64,000 bases of DNA, taken from the NCBI GenBank assembly GCA_963706025.1, contig CAVPLM010000005.1, positions 288,001-352,000 of the forward strand. The letters run 5' to 3'. The first letter of the stretch is position 1. Each line of letters starts with the position of its first letter. Both the position numbers and the translations under genes were made by a program. Positions 51,493-62,060 of this stretch are shown one piece after another. The notes under the pieces are model-generated. The model saw only the letters and a program-made list of their open reading frames with translations. It did no database searches and was not told where the DNA came from. The stretch comes from an uncultured Actinomycetes bacterium. GTDB lineage: Bacteria > Actinomycetota > Thermoleophilia > RBG-16-64-13.

Positions 51493-53196
51493 ATGGGTCT
51501 GCGCGGGGAGGTCCGAGTGCAGCCGTCCCAAGTGAGGCATGCGAGTCTCATGGCCCGTATCCGCAACATGGAACGGATACGGGAGATCTCCGAGGTCGCG
51601 GTCCGGCATGGCTTCGGGTATTTCTTCGAGCGTCACCGTCTTCTTGGCTCGATTCCCCGCAGACGCCGACAGGACCCTCAGCTTCCCGCTCAGCGGGGCC
51701 GCCACATCCGGGAGATGCTGGACGAGCTGGGGCCCACCTTCGTGAAGTTCGGGCAACTGCTCAGCACGCGTCCAGACATCGTGCCCGCCGACATAGTCCA
51801 GGAGCTGGTCAAGCTTCAGGACCGGGTCACCCCCGTACCGTTCGCGACGGTGCGGCAGGTTGTGGAGGCAGAACTGGGACTGACGCTGGCCCGCGCCTTC
51901 GAGAGCTTCGATTCCGAGCCGCTTGCCGCGGCGTCCATCGGACAGGTACACGGGGCCGTCCTGCCCGGAGGGCAGCGGGTCGTGGTCAAGGTGCAGCGAC
52001 CCGGCGCGGCTCGACAGATACCCAAGGATATCGATCTCCTCTACCAGGTCGCCGAGATGCTCGAAGGGCGCATCGAGCTAGGTGTTTCCGCGACGAGCGT
52101 AGTGCAGGAGTTCGCTCGGAACATCAACCGCGAGCTCGACTACGTCCTGGAGGCGCGGAACGCAGAGCGATTCGGTACCAACTTCAAGGATTCCGACAGC
52201 GTCCGGATACCCGGCGTCTATTGGCGGTATTGCAGCAAGCGCGTCCTCACCCTCGAGCGCATCGACGGCCCCACGCTCAACACGCCCGAAGTCCTGAACC
52301 TGCCGGTCGAGGAACGCAAGGCCCTGGCGGAGGCTATCACCGATTGTTGGTTCAAGCAGATACTCCACGACGGCTTTTTCCACGCCGACCCCCATCCGGC
52401 GAACATCGTCTATCTGGGGGTAGGAAGGCTGGGATTGCTGGACTTCGGGATGGCCGGCTTCCTGCGCCGCGAAGATCTGGAGGAAGGGGTGCGGCTGTTT
52501 CTGCACGTGATGCAGTCAGACGTGCTCGGCATCAAACGGTCGCTGAAGCGTCTCGGAGTGCACTGGACCCCGTCGGCGGACGAGGCCGTCACTCAGTCCA
52601 TCGAAGAGGGTTTCAGCCGCTACTTCGGCATGTCGCTCGCCAATATCGACGTGTCGTCGCTGCTCCATCAGGTGTTCGACATCGTCTACTCCCTCCAACT
52701 GCGCCTCCCGAGCCGGTTTCTTCTTCTCGACAAGGCTCTGCTCACTATGGAGGGCGTGGTCAGTCAGTTGTACCCGGACCTCGATTTCTTCGCTAACGCT
52801 CGCGGCTACGCAAACGCGCTGCAACGGCAGCGTCTCGATCCCAGGTTGATCTCGGACCGCATCCAGCGCTATGCGGGCGAATACGCGCAGTTGTTGCGCG
52901 ATTATCCCTTGCAGCTGCACGACATCCTGGAGGAAGCTCGCGACGGTGAGATAGAGATCAAGTTCCGGCACACGGGCCTGGAGAGCATGATGCACCGGCT
53001 GGATAGCATCACCAACCGGTTGGTCGTCGCTGTGGTCTGCGTCGGTCTGGGCCTCGCCAGCACGGCCGTGGCGGTGATGGTCGAGGAAGGTCCGCACATC
53101 GGGGGGCTGTCGGTCTGGGGACTGCCTGGATTCATCGGCTCTCTATTCTTTGGCGCCTGGCTGGTATATGCCATCATCCGTTCGGGGAGGCTCTGA
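51493..53196 (+). CDS. AarF/ABC1/UbiB family atypical kinase
   Basis: LGPTFVKFGQ, AAASIGQVH, VKVQRP, FHADPHPAN, LDFG; C-terminal TMs. Confidence 0.92.
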   Translation: MGLRGEVRVQPSQVRHASLMARIRNMERIREISEVAVRHGFGYFFERHRLLGSIPRRRRQDPQLPAQRGRHIREMLDELGPTFVKFGQLLSTRPDIVPADIVQELVKLQDRVTPVPFATVRQVVEAELGLTLARAFESFDSEPLAAASIGQVHGAVLPGGQRVVVKVQRPGAARQIPKDIDLLYQVAEMLEGRIELGVSATSVVQEFARNINRELDYVLEARNAERFGTNFKDSDSVRIPGVYWRYCSKRVLTLERIDGPTLNTPEVLNLPVEERKALAEAITDCWFKQILHDGFFHADPHPANIVYLGVGRLGLLDFGMAGFLRREDLEEGVRLFLHVMQSDVLGIKRSLKRLGVHWTPSADEAVTQSIEEGFSRYFGMSLANIDVSSLLHQVFDIVYSLQLRLPSRFLLLDKALLTMEGVVSQLYPDLDFFANARGYANALQRQRLDPRLISDRIQRYAGEYAQLLRDYPLQLHDILEEARDGEIEIKFRHTGLESMMHRLDSITNRLVVAVVCVGLGLASTAVAVMVEEGPHIGGLSVWGLPGFIGSLFFGAWLVYAIIRSGRL

Positions 53197-53360
53197 CTCC
53201 CTCGGCGCACGTTTCCCCGCGTTACGCCGTCCTTCGTGCTCGGTATAGTGTACGGAGGATAGTGACCCGTCAATGACCATCGGGGCGGCCGCGCGAGCTG
53301 CCGCCCGGCTCGACGAGTGATTGGAGAGCGCTGGCTCCCTCAGACCCCACTGCATGGGCG

Positions 53361-55853
53361 GTGACCCCTTACTCCTGGCAGTCCGCGACCGGGCTGAGTC
53401 GCGAATTGGACCTGCCTTTGGTGGCGGCCATGGTGCTTGCCGGTCGTGGTTTTGCCGATCCGGCTGAAGCCCGGACCTTCCTGAGCTGCTCTACCCCTCT
53501 ACCTGACCCCTTCCTGTTCGGGCACATGGACCCAGCGGCACGGACCATATCCGACGCCATCGACCGGCAACGGCGGATCGTTGTACACGGTGACTACGAC
53601 GCCGACGGGGTGACGGCCACCGCGCTCATGGTCTTGGGGTTGCGTGGTATGGGGGCGGAGGCCGAATGGTATCTTCCCAGCCGCTTCAAAGAAGGGTACG
53701 GGCTTTCTCGGACCGCGGTCGAGACTATCGCGGCCGGTGGGGAGGCGGTGCTCATCACCGTCGATTGCGGCGTCAACTACCCTGATGAAGTGGCTCTGGC
53801 TAAGGACCTGGGCCTGGAAGTGGTGGTCATAGACCATCACCAGCCCGGCTCTATCCTCCCGGATTGTCATCTCATTCACTCTGCGGTGGGCACGTATCCC
53901 CACGGTGACCTGTGCGGGGTCGGGCTGGCCCTCAAGGTCATGCACGCCCTCCATATTCACCGCGGGTCGGCGCCCGTGGCGACCCTACCCGAGACGCTGC
54001 ATGCGCTGCTCGACCTGGTGGCGATAGGCACCATAGCCGATCTGGCCTCTCTTCGAGGCGAGAACCGCTATTACGTCAGAGAAGGCCTGAAGCTGATCGC
54101 CATCGGTTCCCGGCCGGGCCTGCGGGCTCTCGCTTCGGTGTCCGGGTGCACCGGAGGCATCGATTCAGGTGCGGTGGCATTCCGGTTGGCTCCGAGGCTC
54201 AACGCCGCCGGGCGGCTGGCCGATCCCTCACCGCCGCTCCGTCTGCTGCTCACCGACGACGAGGGAGAAGCGGCGGAGATCGCCGCGCTGCTGCATGAGC
54301 TGAACGGCGCCCGGCAGGACGTGGAGCGAGAGATCTTGGAGCAGGCGGTCGCTCAAGTGGAGGCTTTGGTCGAGCTGCCCGCCGCCCTGGTGCTTGGGGG
54401 AGAGGGATGGCATGAAGGAGTTGTCGGTATCGTCGCGGCTCGGCTGGTGGAGCGATACCATCGTCCCACCATACTCCTGGGGCTCCGGGATGGAGTGGCC
54501 AAGGGCTCGGGCAGGAGCATCCCCAGGTATGATCTGCTGGCTGCGCTGAACGCGTGCGCGGAACACCTGACCGTCTACGGGGGCCACAAACAGGCCGTCG
54601 GTCTCACCCTGGACGCCGGCGCCGTCGATGATTTCCGCCACGCCGTCGAAACGCATGCGGCCGCCGCTCTCGAGGCCCGCGATCTTCGAGGCGTGTACCG
54701 GGCAGACGTCGTGCTGAGGGGTGAGGATGTCAACGCCGACACCGCTACGGCTCTGGCTTCTCTGGGGCCGTTCGGCAGCGGCAATCCTCGTCCCCGTCTG
54801 CTTCTCGTAGAGGCCGGCATCAAGCAGCCAGAGGTTACGCGCACCGGGACGCATCTGCGGTGCCAGGTGGAGATCGACGGAGTCCTCACGCGGGCGATCG
54901 GTTTCGGGATGGGGGAGATAGCCGCCTCACTGCGCGCCGACGGTGAGGGACGGGTGTTAGGGGTTCAGTTTGTAGTCGACGAATGGCAGGGGGCTCTGCG
55001 CCCGCAATTCTTGCTTGAACGCGTGGGAGAGGCCGGCGGGGATGGCGGGAGGCTGTGCGAGTGCGGACCCGGTTGTGCCGACCTGGCAGCGGCGGGAGTC
55101 GGGCCGCGGGGAGCGGACCTCTTCCTGGAGCCGGGCCATGCCTCGCCCATGCCGGCCGTGCCTCAGACGAGGGACCTGAGGGATCGGCCCGGCCGGACGG
55201 GAGCGATCGCCCAGGTGGTCGGCAGCAGCGAGCGGACGGTCATTCTCACCTGTTCCATCCCGCATGCGTCGCGGGTTGGATTGGGGCGCCTGCCCCTTGA
55301 GCAACTGAGTGGGGGTGCGGTCGACTGTGTGGGAAGAGCATGCCGGTTGCGGGACAAGGATCGCATCTCGTCGGCCAATCTGGTCGTGGCGGAATGGGAC
55401 GCGGCGGCGCGCACCCCCGCGCTTGTGGCGGGGAGGGTCCACGTGATCGCTGCCGATCCACCTTACCGGAGGCACCACGTGACCTTGCTGCACCGCCTGG
55501 CCGAGGAAGGCGCTCTTGTCCACCTTTACTACGGGGAAGAAGAGCGACGCGCCACGGCGTCGCTCCTCCGCTACCTGGTCCACCCGCGGTTCGCGATGGT
55601 CTGTCTTTACCGGGCCATGGCCGACGATGCCGATCCCGATACGCTCATGGAGAGAGCCGCGGAACTCGGCCGGCTGGAGGCCGGTGTCGTTCTCGGGCCC
55701 GAGGAGTTGTTCCGGGCCCAATCGATGCTCAGAGAGCTGGGTATCGAACGTCCCGGCACCGGAGAGGCTAGAATAGAAGCCAAGCGCATCCCCGCGTATG
55801 TCGCGGCGGAAGCGGAGTACGAGGAGTGTTCGAGACTTTGCCAGACCCTCTGA
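53361..55853 (+). CDS. recJ: ssDNA exonuclease RecJ with long C-terminal extension
   Basis: GDYDADG, TVDCG, DHH, PRLNAAGR, GSGRS, GGH. Confidence 0.93.
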   Translation: MTPYSWQSATGLSRELDLPLVAAMVLAGRGFADPAEARTFLSCSTPLPDPFLFGHMDPAARTISDAIDRQRRIVVHGDYDADGVTATALMVLGLRGMGAEAEWYLPSRFKEGYGLSRTAVETIAAGGEAVLITVDCGVNYPDEVALAKDLGLEVVVIDHHQPGSILPDCHLIHSAVGTYPHGDLCGVGLALKVMHALHIHRGSAPVATLPETLHALLDLVAIGTIADLASLRGENRYYVREGLKLIAIGSRPGLRALASVSGCTGGIDSGAVAFRLAPRLNAAGRLADPSPPLRLLLTDDEGEAAEIAALLHELNGARQDVEREILEQAVAQVEALVELPAALVLGGEGWHEGVVGIVAARLVERYHRPTILLGLRDGVAKGSGRSIPRYDLLAALNACAEHLTVYGGHKQAVGLTLDAGAVDDFRHAVETHAAAALEARDLRGVYRADVVLRGEDVNADTATALASLGPFGSGNPRPRLLLVEAGIKQPEVTRTGTHLRCQVEIDGVLTRAIGFGMGEIAASLRADGEGRVLGVQFVVDEWQGALRPQFLLERVGEAGGDGGRLCECGPGCADLAAAGVGPRGADLFLEPGHASPMPAVPQTRDLRDRPGRTGAIAQVVGSSERTVILTCSIPHASRVGLGRLPLEQLSGGAVDCVGRACRLRDKDRISSANLVVAEWDAAARTPALVAGRVHVIAADPPYRRHHVTLLHRLAEEGALVHLYYGEEERRATASLLRYLVHPRFAMVCLYRAMADDADPDTLMERAAELGRLEAGVVLGPEELFRAQSMLRELGIERPGTGEARIEAKRIPAYVAAEAEYEECSRLCQTL

Positions 55854-58108
55854 AGACCACTCGGCCCACAGCGCGTCGGAAGGAAGCACCTGCTGCCCAA
55901 CTCGAGGACCTAGAGGCTCAGCAGCAGGCCCTGCTTGACGGTCTTCTGCATAAGGTCGAGCAGTACAACCCGGCCTTCGACCGGGAACTCCTGACGCGGG
56001 CCTTCGCAGTAGCGGCCTCTCAGCACCACGCTCAACTAAGGGCCAGCGGCGAGGCCTACCTCAACCACCCGGTCGGGACCGCTGACGTCTGCGCCGACCT
56101 CAGGCTCGACTCGGCCACTCTGGCGGCCGCCCTACTGCACGACGTGGTCGAAGACACCGGGATGTCCATCGAGGCGGTGCGCGAGCAGTTCGGCGACGAG
56201 GTGGCCTTGCTGGTCGACGGCGTCACCAAGTTGTCGCAGATTTCGTTCCGGACCGTGGAAGAAGAGCAGGCGGAGAACATCCGCAAGATGATCATCGCCA
56301 TGGCCAAGGATATCCGTGTCATCCTCATCAAGCTGGCCGACAGGCTGCACAACATGCGTACCCTGGGGTATCTGGGCAAGGAGAAACAGATCCAAAAGGC
56401 CAGAGAAACCCTCGAGGTATACGCGCCCCTGGCCCACCGGCTCGGTATCGAATCGGTGCGATGGGAATTGGAGGACCTCTCTTTTGCCACCTTGCACCCG
56501 CGGAAGTATGCGGAGGTGCAGCGTATGGTCTCTCAGAGGAGAGCCGACCGGGAGCGCGACATCGATGAGGCTCGGGCGATCCTTGACAGGGAGCTGGCAG
56601 CGGTGAGTATCGAGGCCGAGATCTCGGGCCGGGCCAAGCATTTCTATTCCATCTACGACAAGATGGTGCGTAAGGGCAAAGAGTTCAACGAGATACTCGA
56701 TCTCACCGCGCTCAGAGTCCTGGTCGATTCCGTGAAGGACTGTTACGCGGCGTTGGGAGTGATCCACTCTCTGTGGAAGCCGCTGCCGGGGCGGTTCAAG
56801 GACTACGTGGCCATGCCCAAGTTCAATATGTACCAGTCTCTGCACACCACGGTGATAGGTCCCCAGGGCAAGCCACTGGAGATCCAGATACGGACCTACG
56901 ATATGCATGAGACGGCGCAATACGGCATCGCCGCGCATTGGGTGTACAAGGAAAAGCCGGGGCGAGGGGGACAGCGGGAGGCCGCCCAGTTGGAAAGACT
57001 CCAATGGCTCCGGCAGATCATGGACTGGCAGTCGGAGACCAAGGACTCAGGCGAGTTCATGGAGTCGCTGCGCGTCGACCTGTTTCAGGACGAGGTCTAC
57101 GTGTTCACCCCCAAGGGAGAAGTCAAGAGCCTTCCCGCCGGTTCCACGCCGGTCGACTTCGCCTATGCCATCCACACCGATGTAGGGCATCGCTGCATCG
57201 GGGCCAAGGTCGATGGCCGCATCGTTCCGCTCACCTATAGGCTTCAGTCGGGCGACATCGTGGAGATCCTCACCTCCAAAACGGCGCAGGGGCCCTCGCG
57301 GGACTGGCTGCAGTTCGTGGAGAGCTCGGGGGCCCGCAACAAGATCCGCCAGTGGTTCAAGAGGGAACGCAGAGAGGACGCCGAGCACCTGGGACGGGAG
57401 GCGCTCCTGGAGGCGTTCCGCAAGCAGGGACTCCCGGCGCAGCGGCTGATAGGTTCCGATCTCCTCGCCGAGGTCATGCGGGAGACGAACCATCCCAAGA
57501 GAGAAGATTTCTTCATCGCGGTCGGCTCGGGAAAGATCAGCCCTCAGCACGTGGTCACGAGGGTCATTCAAAGCCTGCATGGGGAGGGAGAAGGGGCGGC
57601 GGTCCTATCGGTCCCGGGGACTGTCTCCAAGGGTGCCAAGGATATTCCCTCATCCAGCCAACTGGGCATCCAGGTCGACGGCATCGAAGATGTGGCCATC
57701 CGCATACCCCAGTGCTGCCGCCCCGTGCCAGGTGATGACATCGTCGGCTATATCTCTCTGGGCCGTGGGATCACGATCCATCGGCGAGACTGTCCCAACG
57801 TGAAGGCGCTGGAGAAAACTCCCGAGCGGTTCACCTCGGTGCACTGGGACACCCAGGCCAGAACGCCCCTGCGCGTGGAGATACAAGTGGAGGCCTACGA
57901 TCGAAACCACCTGCTCGAGGACATATCCCGCACTCTCAGCGAGAGCGGCGTCAGCATCATAGCCGCGCAGGTTTTCACCGCGCGCAACAACATGGTGAAA
58001 GACCGCTTCGTGTTCGATGTACCCGAGATCGACTACCTGGAGACGGTCCTACAGCGCATCCGCCGCATCGACACGGTGTACGACGCCTATCGAGTCACGC
58101 CCCATTGA
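55826..58108 (+). CDS. rel: Bifunctional (p)ppGpp synthetase/hydrolase Rel
   Basis: LLHDVVED, KLADRLHN, RFKD, YQSLHT, EIQIRT, TGS and ACT domains. Confidence 0.96.
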   Translation: MFETLPDPLKTTRPTARRKEAPAAQLEDLEAQQQALLDGLLHKVEQYNPAFDRELLTRAFAVAASQHHAQLRASGEAYLNHPVGTADVCADLRLDSATLAAALLHDVVEDTGMSIEAVREQFGDEVALLVDGVTKLSQISFRTVEEEQAENIRKMIIAMAKDIRVILIKLADRLHNMRTLGYLGKEKQIQKARETLEVYAPLAHRLGIESVRWELEDLSFATLHPRKYAEVQRMVSQRRADRERDIDEARAILDRELAAVSIEAEISGRAKHFYSIYDKMVRKGKEFNEILDLTALRVLVDSVKDCYAALGVIHSLWKPLPGRFKDYVAMPKFNMYQSLHTTVIGPQGKPLEIQIRTYDMHETAQYGIAAHWVYKEKPGRGGQREAAQLERLQWLRQIMDWQSETKDSGEFMESLRVDLFQDEVYVFTPKGEVKSLPAGSTPVDFAYAIHTDVGHRCIGAKVDGRIVPLTYRLQSGDIVEILTSKTAQGPSRDWLQFVESSGARNKIRQWFKRERREDAEHLGREALLEAFRKQGLPAQRLIGSDLLAEVMRETNHPKREDFFIAVGSGKISPQHVVTRVIQSLHGEGEGAAVLSVPGTVSKGAKDIPSSSQLGIQVDGIEDVAIRIPQCCRPVPGDDIVGYISLGRGITIHRRDCPNVKALEKTPERFTSVHWDTQARTPLRVEIQVEAYDRNHLLEDISRTLSESGVSIIAAQVFTARNNMVKDRFVFDVPEIDYLETVLQRIRRIDTVYDAYRVTPH

Positions 58109-58222
58109 CAGGGGGCGTCCGGAATCCTCGCCCCTCCACCCTCTGGTAGAATTGCAGGCCATGGGCTGAGGCTGCGTTCATCCTCCGCCGCCATCCCGGG
58201 GACATTCGGAAAGAGATCGTTC

Positions 58223-58858
58223 ATGAACATAGTCTGTGCGCCCGTGGGGCCGCTGCAAGCGAACTGCTACCTAATCTGGGACGATTCCCGGCAGGCGTGT
58301 GCGATCGATCCAGGAGGAGAGCCTGAGAGTCTGGTGAGCATCATTGCTCGGGAAGGACTGACTCTGCGATACATCCTGGTCACCCACGGACACTTCGATC
58401 ACGTTGACGGGGTACACGGTCTGGCGGCGGCGAGTGGAGCCCGCGTGTGTTGCTCGGCCTCGGTCGCCCCGGTGCTCACCGGCTCCGAGGGGTGCGCGGC
58501 TACCGGATACCCCGTCCCGGGCACCGACCCGGAAATGATCGAGATCGTCGACGAGGATAGTGATCTGTCCGTGGGAGAGCTCACTATCACGGTGATCGCC
58601 ACTCCCGGCCACACGCCCGGTGACCTCACGTTCGAGATCGGCGGGCATCTCTTCTGCGGCGATCTCCTGTTCTTCCGCTCGGTCGGCCGCACCGATTTCC
58701 CCGGCGGCGACTTCGCCGAGCTGCTGGCCTCCGTCGGCAAGCTGGCCGGCTCTTATCCGGGCTCCACTCCGGTGCACCCCGGTCACATGCAGTCGACCAC
58801 TTTGGGAGAAGAGCTGGCTCACAACCCGTTTCTCGGTGGACTCAAGATCCATGGCTGA
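58223..58858 (+). CDS. MBL-fold metallohydrolase (glyoxalase II-like)
   Basis: THGHFDH, TPGHT, GDLLF, PGH. Confidence 0.92.
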   Translation: MNIVCAPVGPLQANCYLIWDDSRQACAIDPGGEPESLVSIIAREGLTLRYILVTHGHFDHVDGVHGLAAASGARVCCSASVAPVLTGSEGCAATGYPVPGTDPEMIEIVDEDSDLSVGELTITVIATPGHTPGDLTFEIGGHLFCGDLLFFRSVGRTDFPGGDFAELLASVGKLAGSYPGSTPVHPGHMQSTTLGEELAHNPFLGGLKIHG

Positions 58859-60167
58859 ATCCATCAGCGCGCCCAAGGGGACCTATGACATCCTCCCCGA
58901 GCAGCAACCACTGCGCCGCTGGGTCGTCTCCTGTGCCGAGCGCGTTTTTCAGCGATATGCATACCGCCGCATAGACACGCCGACCTTTGAGGAAACACGG
59001 CTGTTCACGCGGGGCGTGGGGGAGTCGACCGACATAGTGCGCAAGGAGATGTACACGTTCGAAGACCTGGGCGGACGTAGCATGACCCTGCGTCCCGAAG
59101 GGACCGCCCCGGTGGCCCGGGCGTATGCCGAGCACGGGATGCATACGCTCCCCCAACCCGTTAAGCTCTATTACCACAGTCCCATGTTCCGCTACGAGAG
59201 CCCGCAGTCGGGTCGGTATCGCCAACACTACCAACTCGGGGTGGAGGCCTTCGGTTCTGAGGCGCCGGAGTTGGACGCCGAGGTCATCGGAGTCCTGGCC
59301 GCTCTCTATCGGGAAGTAGGGCTCACAAGCCTGGAGCTCAGCCTCAATTCGATGGGGTGCTCCATCTGCCGGCCTCCCTACGCGGCCGCCTTACGGGTGT
59401 TCCTGGCGGAAAAGGCTGGTGAGTTGTGCACAGAATGTGGAGATCGAGCCGATCTGAACCCCATGCGGACGTTCGACTGCAAGCTCGCCTCGTGCCGGGC
59501 GGCTCTGGCGGCAGCACCGAGGCTTGCCGATCACCTTTGCTCCGCGTGTAGCCATCACTACCGGCGGGTGCAGGAATGCCTGGAGATGCAGGACATCTCT
59601 TTCATTCAGGATCACACCCTCGTTCGCGGTCTGGACTACTACACCCGGACCACGTTCGAATTTCGATCCCCGGTGCTGGGGGCCCAATCCGGAGTTGGTG
59701 GGGGAGGCCGGTACGACCATCTCGTTGAGGCCATAGGCGGACCTGCTGTTCCAGGGGTAGGGTTCGGCACTGGAGTAGAACGTATCGTCTTAGCGCTTAC
59801 CCGGTCCGGCGTCGAGTTCCCCCAGCCGCCGTCACCTACGGCCTATCTGGTGGCCATGACGCCCGCCGCCCGCGATGAGGTTTTTGTGCTGGCGCACGAG
59901 GTCCGGACTCGTGGTGGCGCGGTGGACTTCGACCATATGGATAGGAGCGCCAAAGGGCAGATGAAGCAGGCCGGGCGCAGCGGGGCACGATACGCGTTCA
60001 TACTGGGTGAGAAGGAACTCGCAGACCGGGTGGTGACCGTCCGGGACCTGTCGACGGGTGAAGAACGCTCCGTGTCGCGAACGGACGTCGTCGAACTGGC
60101 GATGCGCGACGCGACAACCCTCGAATCGATTGACACTGAGACTCCGGAAGAAGAGGACCAGCATTGA
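58851..60167 (+). CDS. hisS: Histidyl-tRNA synthetase
   Basis: LRPEGTA, FRYESPQSGRYRQ, RGLDYY, GGGRYD. Confidence 0.97.
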   Translation: MAESISAPKGTYDILPEQQPLRRWVVSCAERVFQRYAYRRIDTPTFEETRLFTRGVGESTDIVRKEMYTFEDLGGRSMTLRPEGTAPVARAYAEHGMHTLPQPVKLYYHSPMFRYESPQSGRYRQHYQLGVEAFGSEAPELDAEVIGVLAALYREVGLTSLELSLNSMGCSICRPPYAAALRVFLAEKAGELCTECGDRADLNPMRTFDCKLASCRAALAAAPRLADHLCSACSHHYRRVQECLEMQDISFIQDHTLVRGLDYYTRTTFEFRSPVLGAQSGVGGGGRYDHLVEAIGGPAVPGVGFGTGVERIVLALTRSGVEFPQPPSPTAYLVAMTPAARDEVFVLAHEVRTRGGAVDFDHMDRSAKGQMKQAGRSGARYAFILGEKELADRVVTVRDLSTGEERSVSRTDVVELAMRDATTLESIDTETPEEEDQH

Positions 60168-61918
60168 GATACAGGGACGAGTGGTGCGGGAACCTCACCG
60201 CGGAGGACGTGGGCCGGCAGGTGAAGGTGGCCGGCTGGGTCCAACGCTACCGGGATCATGGCGGGTTGATCTTCGTAGACCTGCGAGACCGGACCGGGCT
60301 GGTGCAGCTGGTGTTCGAGGCCGAAAAGAGATCGGCGCTGCATGAGCAGGCGCGCGAGCTACGAGGTGAGTTCGTGGTGTCGGCCGCCGGCGCAGTGGTG
60401 GCCCGGGCGCCGGAGCGCGTGAATCCCAGCCTGGCCACGGGTTCGGTGGAGATCGTGGTCGAGGCTTTGGAGATCCTGGCAGCGGCTAGTACGCCGCCGT
60501 TCTTCCCCGATGACGATCTTGAAGTGGACGAGACTCTCCGGCTCAAGTACCGGTACATCGACCTGCGCCGTCCCCGCATGTATGGCAACCTCCTCCTGCG
60601 CCACCGGGTAGTGCAGGCCGTCCGGCGGTATCTGGGGGAGCAGGGGTTCATCGACGTGGAGACTCCCATCCTGACCAAGAGCACTCCTGAAGGCGCTCGG
60701 GACTTCCTGGTGCCCAGCCGCCTTCAGCCCGGAGAGTTCTACGCGCTCCCTCAGTCGCCCCAGTTGTTCAAACAGCTGCTGATGATCGCCGGCTTCGAAC
60801 GCTACTACCAGATAGCCCGGGCCTTCCGCGATGAGGATCTGCGGGCCGACCGGCAGCCGGAACACACCCAGATCGACCTGGAAATGAGCTTCATAGAGGA
60901 GCAGGACATACAGGAGGTCGTGGAGGGTGCTTTCGCGGCTGCGTTCAGGGACACGCTTGGCGTCGAGGTAGACAGGCCGTTCCCGCGGCTCACGTATGCT
61001 GAAGCGATGGCCGGCTACGGCAGCGACAAGCCGGACCTTAGATTCGGTATGAAGATAGTGGACGTGAGCGCCATCGCGTCGCAGGTCGACTTCCGGGTGT
61101 TCGCCGACACGGTGGCAGGCGGCGGGGTGGTGCGGGGGATCAAGGCCGAGGGAGGGGGACACTTCTCCCGCAAGGACGTCGACCAACTGGCGGCTCAAGC
61201 GGCCGTGTTCGGCGCCCAAGGGGTGCTCCCCCTATGGATCGAGGAGGGGGGCGTGCGCTCGCCCTTGCAGAAGTTCATCGGCCCCGAGCAGATGAAGGAG
61301 TTGATCGATACTCTGGACGGCCACGCCGGCGACCTCCTGCTCTTGGTCGCCGGACCCACGTCGGTCGTGGAACCCAGCCTCGGGGCCTTGCGGCTCGCCC
61401 TGGCGGATCAGCTGGGGGTCGAGCGCAAGGGCTGGGCCTTCGCCTGGGTACTCGATTTCCCCATGTTCGAGTACGATCAGAAGGAACAACGCCTCAAAGC
61501 CCAACACCATCCCTTCACCAAGCCCAGGCTGGAGAGTCTGGCGGATCTGAAGGAGAAGCCTCTGGAATTGGGCACCTACGCCTATGACCTGGTGCTGAAC
61601 GGTGTGGAGCTCGGCAGCGGCTCGCTTCGCATCTCCGACCCGGAGATGCAGGAGGCGGTGTTCGAGGCCCTGGGGCTCGACGAAGACGCCATCAAGGCTA
61701 AGTTCGGCTTCCTGGTGGAAGCCATGGCCTACGGCATCCCACCTCACGGCGGCATCGGGCTGGGTCTGGACCGCGCGGTGATGCTGATGGCGGGGGAATC
61801 CTCCATTCGGGACGTCATAGCCTTCCCCAAGACGCAGAGTGGCTCGTGCCCGCTGACGGACGCTCCTTCCAAGGTGGCGCTCGACCAGTTGCGGGAGCTC
61901 CGTATTCGGACCGTCTGA
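60164..61918 (+). CDS. aspS: Aspartyl-tRNA synthetase
   Basis: RDHGG, LPQSPQLFKQ, FRDED, HHPFT, PPHGG, AFPKT. Confidence 0.97.
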   Translation: MRYRDEWCGNLTAEDVGRQVKVAGWVQRYRDHGGLIFVDLRDRTGLVQLVFEAEKRSALHEQARELRGEFVVSAAGAVVARAPERVNPSLATGSVEIVVEALEILAAASTPPFFPDDDLEVDETLRLKYRYIDLRRPRMYGNLLLRHRVVQAVRRYLGEQGFIDVETPILTKSTPEGARDFLVPSRLQPGEFYALPQSPQLFKQLLMIAGFERYYQIARAFRDEDLRADRQPEHTQIDLEMSFIEEQDIQEVVEGAFAAAFRDTLGVEVDRPFPRLTYAEAMAGYGSDKPDLRFGMKIVDVSAIASQVDFRVFADTVAGGGVVRGIKAEGGGHFSRKDVDQLAAQAAVFGAQGVLPLWIEEGGVRSPLQKFIGPEQMKELIDTLDGHAGDLLLLVAGPTSVVEPSLGALRLALADQLGVERKGWAFAWVLDFPMFEYDQKEQRLKAQHHPFTKPRLESLADLKEKPLELGTYAYDLVLNGVELGSGSLRISDPEMQEAVFEALGLDEDAIKAKFGFLVEAMAYGIPPHGGIGLGLDRAVMLMAGESSIRDVIAFPKTQSGSCPLTDAPSKVALDQLRELRIRTV

Positions 61919-62027
61919 AGCGACGCCTGAGCGACGGCGGCACCTCGTGACCCTCAAGGCGGGGGCTTCTGTTGCCGACAACGGTCTTAGGAGGTGCCTG
62001 TAGCAGAGTGCCGGTGGCGTTAGCTCA

Positions 62028-62056
62028 TTGCCCGGCAAAGGGCCGTGTGCTAACCT
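62028..62056 (+). promoter_or_regulatory. Housekeeping sigma promoter for 6S RNA
   Basis: TTGCCC-N17-TAACCT with extended -10 TG. Confidence 0.6.
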
Positions 62057-62060
62057 CGTG

